64,000 nt of DNA from Takakia lepidozioides (taxonomy: Eukaryota; Plantae; Bryophyta), in assembly GCA_030704615.1 (NCBI GenBank), contig CM060734.1:55180001-55244000 (forward strand), in the 5' to 3' direction. Numbering within the stretch: position 1 is the stretch's first letter; the number at the start of each line of letters is the position of its first letter. The notes under the pieces were generated by a model that was not told the origin of the DNA, did no database searches, and saw only the letters and a list, made by a program, of their open reading frames with translations. Shown piece after piece: positions 1-13,917 of this stretch. Both the position numbers and the translations under genes were made by a program.

Positions 1-396
1 GGAGGGAAAGAACAGGCGAGCGATCTTGTGTGCCTTGATCGGACCCCGCGTGCATTCCCATACCAGGAGTAGCCAAAGGCAGGTGGCGTGATAGCTGGAG
101 TTCTTTTCTCCCGTGAAGCTTCATGGCAGAATTTCATGAATGGAGAAGAAAGGAAGTGGAAAGAGAGCTTTAGGGGATTAGGGAAGGAGAGGAGAGGGGA
201 CGAGGGGCGGATTCAACGGATGATCTAAGCGTTTCTCTAAAGCAACATGGCATGCCATGCCAAATTTAGGGGAGGAGGGAGGTGGAGAGAAAGGGAGAAA
301 GTGTGTTGTATTCGGGGGTACCAGATGTGAGAACAGGGATCACAGGCGAGGTAATGGCTTAGAGTAAGAGGTACAGCGGAGAACAAGTCCAGCCAG

Positions 397-903
397 ATGG
401 CACAAGTGCAGTCACTTTTGGCAGCATGCGGGGGGGAGACAGTGAAGCTGTTTGATGTGTCCGTTGAAACAGGGGACCCTTGCACTTTCCAGTATACACC
501 TTCGCCTGGTTTTCAAGTCAATTGCGCACGATGGAATCATACCAGTAGGTCCCTTACTTGCCTCTTTGAATCATCGTATCGGTCCCTAAGCCGTTCCATT
601 GCTGGAACCCCTCGCACGCTCATGAACCTTTATCTTTTGATAAGGATACTTCTCGAGCTTATAGTGTGCCTTGTTATGCTTCATACTGAGAATATGTGGA
701 AACCTATTGAAAGCTACGTTTGCCGCAAAATGGTGGTAGCGTGAGTACGTAGGGCCTGCTTGCACTTATCCTGAGACAAGCTGTGTACAGATTTGGTGGT
801 TGCGAGTGCCGGTGAAGACCGGAAGATATCACTGTGGATGAAGAACGGGCAGGCAATAGGTGTGGTGCCCCAGCTTGGCGGTGAGGGGGACGATTCTATT
901 GAT
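397..903 (+). CDS. NEDD1: NEDD1/GCP-WD-like WD40 protein, first two exons (397-544, 791-903); the rest is not seen before the assembly gap
   Basis: Spliced translation [51 protein letters not shown] matches the plant NEDD1 N-terminus as I recall it. GT donors at 545 and 904, AG acceptor at 789-790. Confidence 0.85.
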
Positions 904-1281
904 GTGAGTGGTCTCTCGTAGTTACCTCCAGTCCAATCCCTTACACTTTTCCTTCTTTTTCTGTAGAGGAGTGGCAGTGAGTGATCTACAACAAGTTGCT
1001 GGAGCTGGAAGCCATCTAATTGATTATTCCAAACGTGGCGCCTTACGAGTACTTAGTTTCACTATGTGAGCTGATCCAGTCGTTTGATAATAGTAAGTTG
1101 CATGACTGTGGACATATAGTTTTCTTATAACATTCTTCCTCAAAATTTGGCTGCAATGGAGAAATGATTACATCACCGCATTGACAGCCTTGCAATGTGG
1201 TCAATAGAGAGGTGATTTCATTCATCATCCCTGGACGTTTGCTATGGTGTGTCCTTGAGGCCTTAGACCAGTAGATGTCAT

Positions 1282-1781
1282 NNNNNNNNNNNNNNNNNNN
1301 NNNNNNNNNNNNNNNNNNNNNNNNNNNNNNNNNNNNNNNNNNNNNNNNNNNNNNNNNNNNNNNNNNNNNNNNNNNNNNNNNNNNNNNNNNNNNNNNNNNN
1401 NNNNNNNNNNNNNNNNNNNNNNNNNNNNNNNNNNNNNNNNNNNNNNNNNNNNNNNNNNNNNNNNNNNNNNNNNNNNNNNNNNNNNNNNNNNNNNNNNNNN
1501 NNNNNNNNNNNNNNNNNNNNNNNNNNNNNNNNNNNNNNNNNNNNNNNNNNNNNNNNNNNNNNNNNNNNNNNNNNNNNNNNNNNNNNNNNNNNNNNNNNNN
1601 NNNNNNNNNNNNNNNNNNNNNNNNNNNNNNNNNNNNNNNNNNNNNNNNNNNNNNNNNNNNNNNNNNNNNNNNNNNNNNNNNNNNNNNNNNNNNNNNNNNN
1701 NNNNNNNNNNNNNNNNNNNNNNNNNNNNNNNNNNNNNNNNNNNNNNNNNNNNNNNNNNNNNNNNNNNNNNNNNNNNNNNNN
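1282..1781. other. Assembly gap (500 N)
   Basis: Run of N; sequence on the two sides need not be contiguous. Confidence 1.
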
Positions 1782-3865
1782 TAAAGGAAACACTGGGGAG
1801 CGATAGCTCACAAATCAGGCCCCTTAATTATAGTGAGAGGAGAAATACATAGGGCCCACCCCTGAAAAGGGGCAGTAGCCGCAAGGCGAAGTGGCTCTTA
1901 GTTACGCCGGCCTCGGCCGGAGTCGTCTCTCTCTGAGAGGAGAAAATAACCTCTTTCACATTAACCTCGCCGCTTTCGCATGGGACACCTTTGTGTTTGA
2001 ATTGAGATACAAATTTATCTCAAGTATTCCTCATTGCAAGTGATGTCTATGTACAAGCATAAGACGAAACCTGGGTTAACATATATAGTACATTTTTGGT
2101 CAAATGAATGAGAGTACCATAAATTTTCAAAATCAACTGTTCATGCAGCTGGAGAAGAAGTGTACATTCGACGGCACAAAGACAAACAAAACAAATCGAT
2201 CCGACATCCAATGGACAGTCGACCTGAATGGACATTTACAGGGGGTCGCACTCGGAGCGGCAGACCCCTCTACAAAGGACTGTGCAGCAGTTGTGGACAA
2301 GAAAGCACTGTTCCATTCCGTCCGGTGATTCATGGTCAGCCACCGCGTTGTAGAACCTGTTTGCAACCCTCTTTTCCACTCAATCCTCAGGTCCAGACAT
2401 TTTCACCCGTGTTATATCCCCACTCCAGCACCATGCCAATTTTTGCGGAGGCCATGGGGGATAATCTGACCTCGGACCTGCAACAATCTCTTAACAGATG
2501 GACCCCTTCTTTTTAATCTCAACTTTAAAAAATATTTGAATTTCTTAGGTTATATCTTGGTTATCTCAGACATTAGAATTGGAGAAGCAATTGTTTTTTT
2601 GGGGAGTAACTTATGACTTAACTTTTGATTCCTTACAAGGTCCTGGGCCTCAAGGAAGAGTGTAGTGTGCAAGTTTTATTACAGCTTACTGTTAGGGAGA
2701 TGATGTCTTTAGTATTGGCTATGGTTATAGAAGTTCGAGCCCCGGAAGTATGTGTACCTACAGAGCGACCGAAGCTCATAGCTTCAATTTTCTGTCCAGC
2801 TACGACGAAACAAGTACAATCTAGCGAAGGCTGTCCAATCACAGGTGGTGGATGAAGATGGATTATGGCAGGATATATCTATGATGCTCGGAGAAGTGGG
2901 TACCGCCTGGTGGAAGATTTTTATATGAAGGTGCGAAAAATTTACTTGTGATTAATTAGTTTATTCAATTTTGTTGGCAAATTTTCAAATGATATTGAGA
3001 TTTGCCATGCTTTGCAGCAAGTTGCAAGTTTTGGACCATCTTTCCTAATGGCTTAGTTTGATGGACTAATCTAGTTCAGTGATATTGGTGGGTTGAGAAA
3101 ATACCTGAGTGTAGTTTCCCATATTCTTACTTGTATGTTTCATTTTACTTACACTCCGGATATCTTAATTTTGTAGTGTCTACCAAGTTCTGGAGATGGT
3201 GGTCAGCTCCACAGTCCTAGTTTGTGATACACATGTGTGTACAAACAATGAACTAACTTGGAATGACTTCAAACCCATGATACAATTGTATGTATAGAAA
3301 ACTTTCCTGTGAGAGATTTGGATTAATGATGAATTTGATTGTTGATCTTGAGATCCTTGTTTTTTTTTGGAGTTCCCCCATAAAACTGTGTTGAATTGTA
3401 CTGAGTGGCATAGTTGCTTTCATCTTGGTACAAAAGGCAGGATGAAAAGAAAAACCCAATACTATTGTACCACCTGGTTTGTAAGGCCCATGTTACATTT
3501 GTGAATCTTTGCACCACCTTGGGCACATACCGGGATGCACTTGCTGTCTCTGATGCATTCTGCAAGCATCTTCTTCGTCACTGCAGCTAGGTCACATGCT
3601 CAGAAAGAGAAAGTGACCTTTGAAAGGGAATGTGCATTGACCTCTGGTTTGATAGCCTTTACTAGAAAATGACAACCTGAAAAATGCCATTGCATCCAGC
3701 TTGGAATGAACTTTCCCTTCCAATGAAGAGAGCATGCACACTTACAGATTATAGCTACAAAACCTTCTTCCTCAAATGGGCTACTCAAACTTCTTGCGAG
3801 GTGGTTGAAGAAGAATGAGAGTGAGGACACAAAGCAAATCAAAATGGGAGAGATTCCTGGTACAT

Positions 3866-6790
3866 TTATGCTGTGGTACAAGCAGGGTCACAGTGACGCT
3901 GCAAATAATTGATGCCTTCACTAAGGTTGCCAAGCATGTGATCTGACACGCACCATGGTGAGACCACTATCTCCGCCAAGTCCTCTTGCTTGGCCTCATG
4001 CAACACCCAGCTCACATTTTTGGCCTCATCAAATGAAGGGTATGTGCCGATGTTTCTTTGCTGTGGGACATTTGAGCGTTGCTCCGGCATCTTGCCGCAC
4101 CCTGGTGGGTCAGCTGCCAGCACTAGTAGCCTGCCAGGGGGATACAGAGGCGGATGTTCCTGTTTCTCTTCCTTTTCCTCCTCCTGTTCTTCCTCATCCC
4201 CCTTCTCACTTTCTGGCTTGGGCGTATAACCCACCTTGTCTTGCACGTTTTTCACCTGCCAGCAGATTCATGACAATAGCTTAAGTCTAAAATCATGGCG
4301 ATGATTGCTTGGCATCCAGGAATACTCGGAAAGGGATACAAGAATCCAAGCCAGTTTGGTGACTGAAAGCAGTGTTAATACCTGTATGCTGACGTCGTCC
4401 TGTGCTTGTTGGAAGGACTCACTGACACGATCCTGCGTTTGCTGGAACTTCTTCATAGACTCAGCTGCACTCTTTATATATTGCCAGTCCTCATCTCCTT
4501 GAGCAATTTCCTCTGCCTTATCCCAGTCGAAGTTGCATATTCGCTGCCGGAGTAGTTCGACAGACACCAGCGAAAATCGTGGGACAATGTCGTGGTTTGA
4601 AAGGAAGCTCGTCACAAAACTGCTACAATCGCGTGCCATGTCCAGCGTCAGGCATGCTGGGGTAGAGTAACCCCAGCACTCTATATTTTTGAACTGGTCT
4701 TTGAGCTTTAGTCCTGCCATTATTCCAACAGCGGCGCCCATGCTGTGTCCTACAATAACAAGCTTCAGATTCTTTTGCAGCTTACCTTGCTCTTCAAATG
4801 CTTTATGTAAGTGGGGGACTACTTCTTCTACTAACTTTTCAGTAGCATGCACAAAACCTCCATGGCCTTGCCCATTCATGAAAGATTCAGCCGAAGCCCC
4901 TGCGTTAACCAGCATGTCCACAACCTGGGAATATGCCACAAAACAACGATTACGATCGAAAGTACTCAAAAATCCGTCACAACAGCAGAGAATGTTCTGA
5001 ATTGACGTAGCTTGGCGTAGTCTTGTGACCATGTACATCTTTGGGTCCAGGGAGGGACAAAAGCAGTTTCACTAACAAGAGGGAGAGATGAAACCCTACT
5101 TGGTGGAGTGGCATTTACTGCACCTATAACGACATTCACCAACCTGAGAAGTTCCTCGCACTGTGAGCACAACGGCTCCATACGGTGCATCAACACAAAC
5201 TGCATATGCAGGTCGAAGGGAGTTCTGATCAGGCGTCCACTGCGCTGCAACAATGGCTGATTCTGGAAGGTGAGTCTGCAATGAGAAGGACGCAGGATCG
5301 AATACGTAGACGGCTTCTGCCATAGCTCGCCAATGCTGCGCACGCTCCAAAAAACGAGGATTTTGAGCGAAATCCTTCGCTGGTTGTCCAGGTGGCTTGG
5401 GAGGGGCCTTCTCTGTAACCTGCAGGCGATTTTCAAGGTTTGAGAGGGTCCTTGGGCATGAAGACCATGGAGATCCTGGGTCCTGGACCTTTTAAGAAAC
5501 TCGATGTTACAAAATTTGTGGGTGAATTTGAGTGTACGGGCATGTATCTAGGACATTCAGCAAATTGCTTGCTGCTAGCAAATTCCCAGGAGAGTCCAGT
5601 ATGGTATGACCTCCAAGAATATTCAGCAACGCAGGCACATGGAGGACAATCTGCACGAGAACTTCAGTCACAGACAGATACACAGCCAGGGTTTACGTCT
5701 ATACCTTCGCCATGGCAGCAAGGCCAAGAATAAGGTCCTGAAAAGACCAGGGTCCAAGGTTGGATTGCACGGTGGTCGCCCCCCGTGCAACGATGTTCAT
5801 AGGCGAGTCACTTCCTCCCCCTCCACCGGCATTTTTTTCCTGGAATTGGGACCATCTCTTCTTGCCTACTATATAGGCCCCCGCTGCCGCACACCCTAGG
5901 AGCACGAACGTCATCATAATCCCTGCCTTTCCTTTCCAATTCAGCTTTTGAAACTGTTGCACTCGATCGCTGAAAGGCGTGCCCTGCTCCGAGAAGGTGG
6001 AATGATTGGCTGACGCCGCTGCAAATGGAGCTGCATTTATGAGTTTCGATGGATCATACAGACATGAACAAGTGGAGACAGTGAAAGATCTCTCTAGACT
6101 GGTCTTCCCCAATGCTGGACCAAAACCGGAGGCAAATTTCGCTGAGCTTTTTGATTGCAGGTCCTCAAGCAATTCCTGCTCATAGGAACTCGGAATCGAT
6201 GCAGAAGACGAGGAAGTAGACACTGGTACAGATGCAGGAGAGGAAGCACCGGCACGGCACCGCACTACCTGCGGATTTGAGCTTCCCTTCTTCAGTCTCA
6301 GAACTCTCTCAAAACTTCTTCCCAACCTTTGCACGCACGTTGCCTTCCTCAAACATGCACCACTCAAAGATGATGAAGAAGAAGAGAGAGGTAAAGAAGA
6401 AATGCTCATCAAATTTTCGCTCTGATTTCTGTACAATGCCAGACTTCTCCAAAGACAAGACACTAGAGGTGATGCACGCAAATGTGATGCAGAGGAAGGA
6501 CTGTAGAAATTACATGAAGAAGTGGGCAGCATCCTCACAGATCGCTGCATTGTGATGCTGCTAGTGGCGGCCAGCCCTTCCGTGCAAACAATCTCGCTCG
6601 AGATTCCTGTCGATCCTTCACTGCCCCGCTTTTTGGCCCTCTCTTTCTCTACCCACCCTGCCCATGCAGCAGCCACTTGGCACTGCGTACGTGGTGCCTT
6701 TTTATCACAGCCTTTTTGCCGTACAGACATCCACGTGTTGCACTCTGGTGCTCTGGATACTGCACGTGGCGAACACTCATACGGTGCCAC
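3866..6790 (-). CDS. Lipase class 3 family (alpha/beta hydrolase) protein, multi-exon (~6790-5705, 5419-5143, 4924-4382, 4256-3866), with a transit-peptide-like N-terminus and a TM segment
   Basis: VVLTVRGT, GHSMG nucleophile elbow, NHDIVPR, LYPPGR and SDHM motifs typical of Lipase_3. GT/AG boundaries between ORF pieces. Start codon uncertain. Confidence 0.85.
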
Positions 6791-8198
6791 TGATTTCCTA
6801 CTCTGGTGATTATGGGTTCGAACTTGACTCGGCCTTGCGGAGATGGGTTATGTTCCTCGCAAGAGCTCGTTGACAGAGGAGCGGGTTCTTTCTGATGTTG
6901 CCCTTTCTCTGCATCACGGGGAAGAAGAAAGAAGAATAAAGAAGAGATGGGCGATTGCATTTGTCTGTTAGTTTTCCTTCTGAAGTTTCCATGGCCTTCG
7001 TGCACAGCAATGAGAAGATGTGGCATAGCATTGAAAGAAAGAGAGGTCACTAACAACCGAGCAGCTGAAGTTTGCACACTTGTTTCTGAGACTTGATATT
7101 TACAGTTTTGTTGCGCGACAGATTTGCCATAGTACATTGTGCGGAATGGGCACGGAAGGATCTTGTGCAGAAGGACAGTATACCAAGTTGGGCACGAGAC
7201 TTGAATGCAATCAAAGTGTGGTGGTAATGGAACATCAGGCATGGCTGAAGAAATCTGAATTATGTGTGTCGAGAGAGAAATGTAGGCTGCTATGGTAGAC
7301 CTTGGACTGCCAAGGTTTATTACAGGAGTGAGGATTGTGGTCATTTGCTTGCAATCCCATCTATGTCTGAGCTAAGCACATCTTTGCAGGGTCGCCAAGT
7401 CCTGCACATGCCACAGAACGATCAGTAACTTGATGGGCAAGTTGTAAGAAAAGAAAATGTGAACCTGTAGACGAGATTTTGTAAGAGACTAGGAGTGAAG
7501 AGGGTAAGACTCACCAGCAAGATGGTGAGGAGGGGGATGCATGCGATCCCTTTTCTGGATCTCAGTGATTCTTTGCCATGTCTCATGGCTGAACGTCGTG
7601 GCTTTGCAGCGTTTGCAATAGCTCACGATCATCCTAGCTCTAGTACGATGCAACTCCAATACGCCAGTTCCTGATTCATCCTTAGGGCCCTTGGAGAGCA
7701 AGGAGGGATTTGGTGCCTCAGACACTCATGCTTGGTCTTCTGTATTTGCGGTGTGGGTGCCAATCGCTACACCGTCTCTCTTTCCTTCTAGAGCTATATT
7801 TCTATGTACAACTGACTTTGATGTACTACTTACAATCAGTCTATACCCACATTTCTACTGCATCAGTAGGCAAGTGGCTATGGCTACCAAATCCTGTATG
7901 TATTTCTCAGAAATTGTGCTAGTGTCGCAGGAAAATACCCATTCAAAGAAAACAACGCAAGGAGAGAGCTTGGCTTCAAGGCCGCCGGATGATATGCCCC
8001 TGAATTCAGCCCCTGCACAAGCAAACATTCTCTTTGTATCAATGCTCTGTACCTATGCAGGCAAGTCAAGCTTGCATGTTCTGTGAGCAGACATATGAAC
8101 ACAACCACAACCGCTTAAGGTCAGAAATGCCAAAAGACTTAAGACTAGCCCCGCTACCTGTAGTTTGGACCAAAGAAACTCCACAAGAACTTAAGAAC

Positions 8199-10525
8199 TT
8201 ACTCAGATTTTGGCTGAATAGGCTTTCTAATGCCTCGATAGTAATGACGATGGGGGCCTGAATCCGTTATCTTACGCGCCTGTTCAAGGCCGTAGGGATC
8301 GGACGTGTCTATCTTGCCGGAACCACTCAATTCCTGGAGCATTTGTAAGCTTGCACTGCTCTTGATTGCAAAGATCTGGGAGCTCGTGCTGGAACCAGAC
8401 GTAGTCTTAGGAGCTGAGGAGGATGTGCCTGAGACTGATGCCGAGCCTGGTCGCCTCATCTTGTCGTATAGATTTCCAAGTAACTTCACCACTTCTTCGG
8501 ACAAACGATTGGGATCTTTGATTTGACCGCAGAGCATCCTCACTTGATCCGCCTGTGAAACGAATACGTTCGGTCATTGGTAGAACAAACATGAAGAAGA
8601 TGGAAGACATAAAAACAAGTGCCCAAGCTTTAGATCTAGCCATTCACAGTCGCTGTCACACATCAATTATTACAAGAAGGAGGATCCTTGGAAAATCACC
8701 TCAAAATCGGAAAGCTCCTCGGTTTCCCTATAATCATCTGCAGGACGGCCGCCACTTCTCGATTTCTCCGTTGAAACAGATGCTCTCCTGGGGACAACTT
8801 TGGAAGACATTGGATTCTTTTTCGTCTTGGGAGTTGCCTCTGGCAGTAAAGAAGATTTGGCAGCACGGGCTGTAGTGCTTGAACTGTTGACCGCGGATCT
8901 ATGCTTCAATCGTGGGACAGGGCGCTTGATCTTTGCATTTCCCGCCCCTGCATCTGTGGAAGCATTTTGTTGAAGGAGACCAGGAGTGGGATCTTTCACT
9001 GGGTGTTTCACTGAGCGCTGTTGTCCTCCCCCAGAGCTGGGCATCCTGTCGGCAGGAGCGAGCACTTTCGTAGAAGGGTGCTGGGCTTGAGTGCCGGTGC
9101 GAGTCGGCCTGCCATTTTGAATCCTCTTCATTGCGAAAGCGCTTTCCCGTGCGCTAAGTTTGAGCGATGCAGCTACGAAACTCTCTTGACTTGCCTTCTT
9201 TGTTGACGGACGTTTGGTAGGAACGCTGCCCCTGTCCTCACGATTCGTTCGGAGAGATGATACAAGTACAGCCTGAACTTTAGAATTTTCCTTTGTCTTC
9301 TGCTTGGGTTTGCCTGAAGGGAGTCGGGATTCAGGGGGGTCGGGGGTTGGACTATTAATTGCCTTCACTGTCAAAGGTTTGCCAGGAATGCTGTTCCTGT
9401 CACCAAACTTCGTAATCTTGGATACTGCAGCACGAGAACTCTCCCGACGTTCTTTCGTTTTTATTGACGGTTTGTATGCAGGAACGCTGCCACAATCATC
9501 AAGCTTCGTGACTGGAGAAGGTATATGTACAAATCCTTGAAGACTATTCTTCTTGTTTGTAAAAAGCTGAGTATACACGGTGCCCTTGTTGTCCCGGTTT
9601 GTCGGCTTGGGTGGGACAGATCCCTCTCGCAGTTCTTCCTTTGTTATCATACAAGGGTTGCTAACAACGCTGGCCTCATCGACGAGCTTTGTGGACGGAG
9701 AGGATAGTTCAGATTCCTTCTCGAGTTTCTTGCGGAGAGACCCTGCATGTCTTTCGAGGTAGACATTTTCTTCTTCCAGTAGTGCTACTTCAAACAGTAG
9801 CTCTCTTACCTGCAGATCACATGGAGTTGAGAATAAATCAGCGAACTGCGAATAGCTCATGCATTGATAGAGAGGCTCAGGCAATCAGGCCTGTATGCAT
9901 GTCAATATAATGAGCCTCATCAACCTTCAGTCTTCCCCTGCCAGTATAATTGTAAAAGTGTACACATCTTATTGCCAAAGTAGGCCCTGGACCCACCTCG
10001 CCGGGAATCTGGGCAGTGATCCGTGGCAGGGTACCCAATGGTCTGTGGAAGCCACGATTGAGTGCCTGGCGCAGATTGATCTCCTCTGTGAGCTTCTTCC
10101 TTAAGTCCACTACCTGCTCATCCACAAATTACCTAGAGCTAGATCATCAGTTCCTTGCGCTGAAAGAAACACAAACGGAGGTAGACCTCAGTTGGCCCAT
10201 ACGTGTTTGAAGAGATTGCAGAAAACGGAGCTTTTACAATTATGTACATGTTCGAATTATATGTCGTTTCAGCGGTGATGGCATCCACTCCACGCTCAAG
10301 TTTCCAGCCTCAAAGTTGGCCATTGCCGAAAAGTGGAGCTGATCAAGACTGGCCCTGTTACGATCACTCCAGATGTCCTTCATCTCCTATTGCCCATCCC
10401 TAGTTATCAATTAAAGAGTGCAGCATCGACTTACGTCTTTCTCTAGAGAAATCCGATGATCTTGAAGCTCCCTTATGCCAGCTTCCTCAGGCTTCTCTGG
10501 AGCTATCTGCTTCACCTTCACAGCA
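8199..10525 (-). CDS. Lzipper-MIP1 (ternary complex factor MIP1 leucine zipper)/DUF547-type protein, multi-exon; C-terminal DUF547 not clearly recovered
   Basis: RISLEKD-VVDLRKKLTEEINLRQALNRGF..LPRI..-VRELLFEVALLEEE leucine zipper, followed by PNRLSEEVVK and DPYG motifs characteristic of this plant family. Confidence 0.7.
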
Positions 10526-13500
10526 CAACATCCAGACCGTAGGTAGTTAAAGTTCAGTTTCATTACAGTGGATACTAGGAACCAACAAGGAAGTACATTG
10601 GTCCCCCCAGAAAGCAGAGGGACAACAAGACTAAGTTACATGCTCAAAGTCAACGATAAAGTTCTTCCAAGTACTTGTTTGCACATGATCATAGTGGGTA
10701 CCTTCAAATTGTGATACTTTCAGGACAGATCTACATCTCTTCGTTACTAGAACCTTACCCAAAATAGAGTCATTGACAGACAATATGCACAACAAATGCT
10801 CTACAAAATGGCATCGAAGATTTCTGAATTCTGGTTCCAAATCGGGGCCAGGAAGACGTGCTTCCTATGCTACAGTAAGCAATGTTCAGTCATCGCATGT
10901 GACTTGTATGTCTACAGAGCTCTCAATTGACAAGCTTCAACTTGGGAAAGCAAAAGACAAGGCCATTATCTGGATCTCGATGTAGATTGTCCATGATCAT
11001 CCAAAATGTCAGCAACATTAGCAATCAAATCAAACCGCACTTTTTGTGAGAACGGTGAGACAGTAACTACCTGAACATGTCACGGAGCAACGAACCAAGT
11101 CTAACAATACTGCATCTGGATAAAAGAGGTACCTAGCTAGGGATTTTAAGAAGCTCAGGGAGGATCGATACCTTGGCATTCTTATTGAGATTTCGGAGAG
11201 AGGGAACATGTGACACACTACATCGATTGTCCTGCATTGATCACTCTCTCCCTAACTGCTGTTCCACAGACCAATGCCCAAAATTTTGAATCATGAGCAA
11301 GTGACCTCATGACAGATTTGTCAAGTAATTACGGGCATGGACTTGATGGTGAACATAGTAGATCAGTCCTAAGAAGCCCAAGTTTTTCATTCTAATCATT
11401 ACCACAAAAGTGAATCCTCGGACCAAGATACTTCAACCTGAGTCTTAATTATTCAGCTTCTTGGCTATATCTAGAGACTCTAAGCACTCCTAGACTATCG
11501 AGAATTGCTGTAATACTATGACCCGGACGTGTGCAAATGTCCTTGAAAGACAGTCCTGAGGATTTCGACGCAAAGTTTTGCTGTGCTACAGGAAGTAACT
11601 ATTTAAAGACAGAAAACAAAAAAATGTTTGCAACATGAAACGCCACTCCAGCTTGAAGAACTCCTACAGTTAGTTAGACTGAGATCGAGGGTTTGTGCAA
11701 GCTTACTTGGAAGGTGCCTCATTTGTTTGCCTCTACACCTGCCCCAGCCTGCAACCCACACGGCAAAGAGAAAAGATGAGTGATCATAGCACTGCGTACA
11801 CGATCAAGTGTACTTTAAAGCTTTACTCGATATCAGACAGAGGGGGACAAACACAAACAGCGAGGAGAGAGCGAGCTCGAGAGCAGACCGGTCTCCGAAG
11901 GCCCACTATATTGTCCTGGGTCCAGCTCGAGTCTGAGAGCTCCAGAAAATGACATAGATCTAGAAATGCGGGCTGACGAGCTTTACCGATTTTTTTAGTC
12001 TATCCTGCCGTTGCTGTCCTGTATTCGTGGCTCCTTCCACACAGACAACAAAGCTGTCATTCATGGCAAGCAAGAAAGCGCGGAGACAGTGAAAGCTGCG
12101 AGAGGAAGTTACCTGCATGCTGTCTCTGCTGCACACACCCCTGGGATGGACGACTGTCGTCTCCATCCATCCATACCTCCTCCGTCTCTTAATGGATGAA
12201 GATTGCATCGATGGATGAAAATCATACCATATATTTTATCCATATTTATATTAAAAGAAATTAATTAATTATACTCCATATTTAAACATTTGTTCACAGC
12301 TGGCATAACTCTATAATGAAACGAAAAGGGACCCACTGCATGGCTATCGCCCTTTTCCTCGGACAGCCAAACCAGGGCGGGTTCAATTAACCACGGGGTC
12401 AGATTAACCTTCATTAAAGCGGGCCGGGTCAGCTACGGCGGGTCAATAAATGGGCGGGTGCCAACAGCGAGGGACCCGCGCAGGCGCACGGGCGGAACTC
12501 ATTCAATGCAACGAGCGCAATCGTGGCACCTCGCTCGTGCCATATTCCCGCGCACGTCTGCAGGTTGGATGGATGAACGGCCGAATCCGCATTCCGGGTT
12601 TCCGTTGTATTCCATCCGTCGGGCGGAATCGACCGGCGACAGGCGGACGGGTAACCGGCAGCCAGGCGATTGGGCGGAGGTGCCAATCGCCAGCCAGCGT
12701 AGACTACCTGGCCCGAATACCCGCAGGAGATGTTGGGGACATTTATAGGCTGGCACACTGCACGAATTGGGCAAACGTTATGGGATAATTGATGGAGGGC
12801 CGCCAGCCTGCCAATTGGTTATTGGTCGTTTGCAGGGGCCCTCCCCCGTAGCCGAGCTTTGGATCATGGAATATTGCTGTTATGTATGGGCCTCCAAAGG
12901 TTCTCAGAAACCTGAGGCTTGGTGGGCCAAGCTTGAAAGCAGCTCAGGTTGCATTGCATGCTTATTACTAAGGCCTACAAGAGTGCAGAGTAGAGAGCAC
13001 AGCTGGGCTGGGCTGCTTGTGCTGTAAGTTGGATCTCATCAGTTTCACCTACTTAAGGGTGGTACAGTTTCAGAGGGAAGGGCTGCATTGAGAAGACACA
13101 CAGCTCGGATCTTCACTCATTCGGGTTGTGATTCTTAAAGACCAGAATAAATTATGCAGTGCAACAAAGATGTTGGGTTACACGCTTCTCATCACAAGGT
13201 CAACATTGCAATGTCCCACATCAGACAGTTTGCTCTGCTTGCCATCCCTTCTCTTCACAATCGCAATGAAAAGAGAGGGAGTGGATCTGCTTTCAACACA
13301 TTTGTAGTTCGGGGGTCCACTTTCTTTTTCTACTTTTGACGCTCGGAACACTAACACTACCCTCTTTTAGAACTAAAGTGATCGTTCTACAATTAACGGA
13401 ACAATGGAGTAATGGGTCCAAGCTGTAGGGCCGTTGCGCTGGAGCTTCATGGTGCTGACCACTTCACCTCCATGATCCATCGTGACTCGCGCCATGACTT

Positions 13501-13679
13501 TCTTCTCTTGTAGAGTTCAAACATTTTTCATTGTCAAATCATCCCTTGGTTGATGTGTTCCAAAAATACAGGAACCAATAGTTGTGCCTCAGATGTCAGT
13601 AGTCAGTACACTCTACCCGCCATATCTGTTTACGCTCTTCAGTATCTAAGTATTGTGTTTTTGTTTTTACTCCCGAAGA

Positions 13680-13917
13680 TTTTATTTTTTTTTTCCTTTG
13701 TTAAAGGGAAACACCTGGGAGCTACAGCTCACAAATCAGACCCCTTAATAGTGAGAGGAGAAAATGACCTCTTTCCAAGCAACCGCGCCATGGAGGCGTA
13801 GAAATGGGACACCGCCCAAGGGAAGGGCGAGAAGAGTATACCACACCCGTCAAGTAGCAGGATTCGACTCCAGAGGCATCTGGGAGGTAACTCAGCGCAC
13901 TAACTCAGCTACTGACT
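13680..13917 (-). mobile_element. Putative tRNA-derived SINE; a related 3' portion lies at ~1782-1850
   Basis: On the minus strand: A-box-like TAGCTGAGTTAG, B-box-like GAGTCGAATCC and an A-rich tail at ~13680-13695. Body GCTCACAAATCAG..ATAGTGAGAGGAGAAA is shared with 1782-1850. Confidence 0.55.

Noticed and set aside
1275-1811. Poly-X ORFs
   Set aside because: Artefacts of the N gap.
12400-12790. GC-rich block with overlapping ORFs; similar block at 17530-18030
   Set aside because: No recognisable domains, and no TIRs or TSDs that I could establish.
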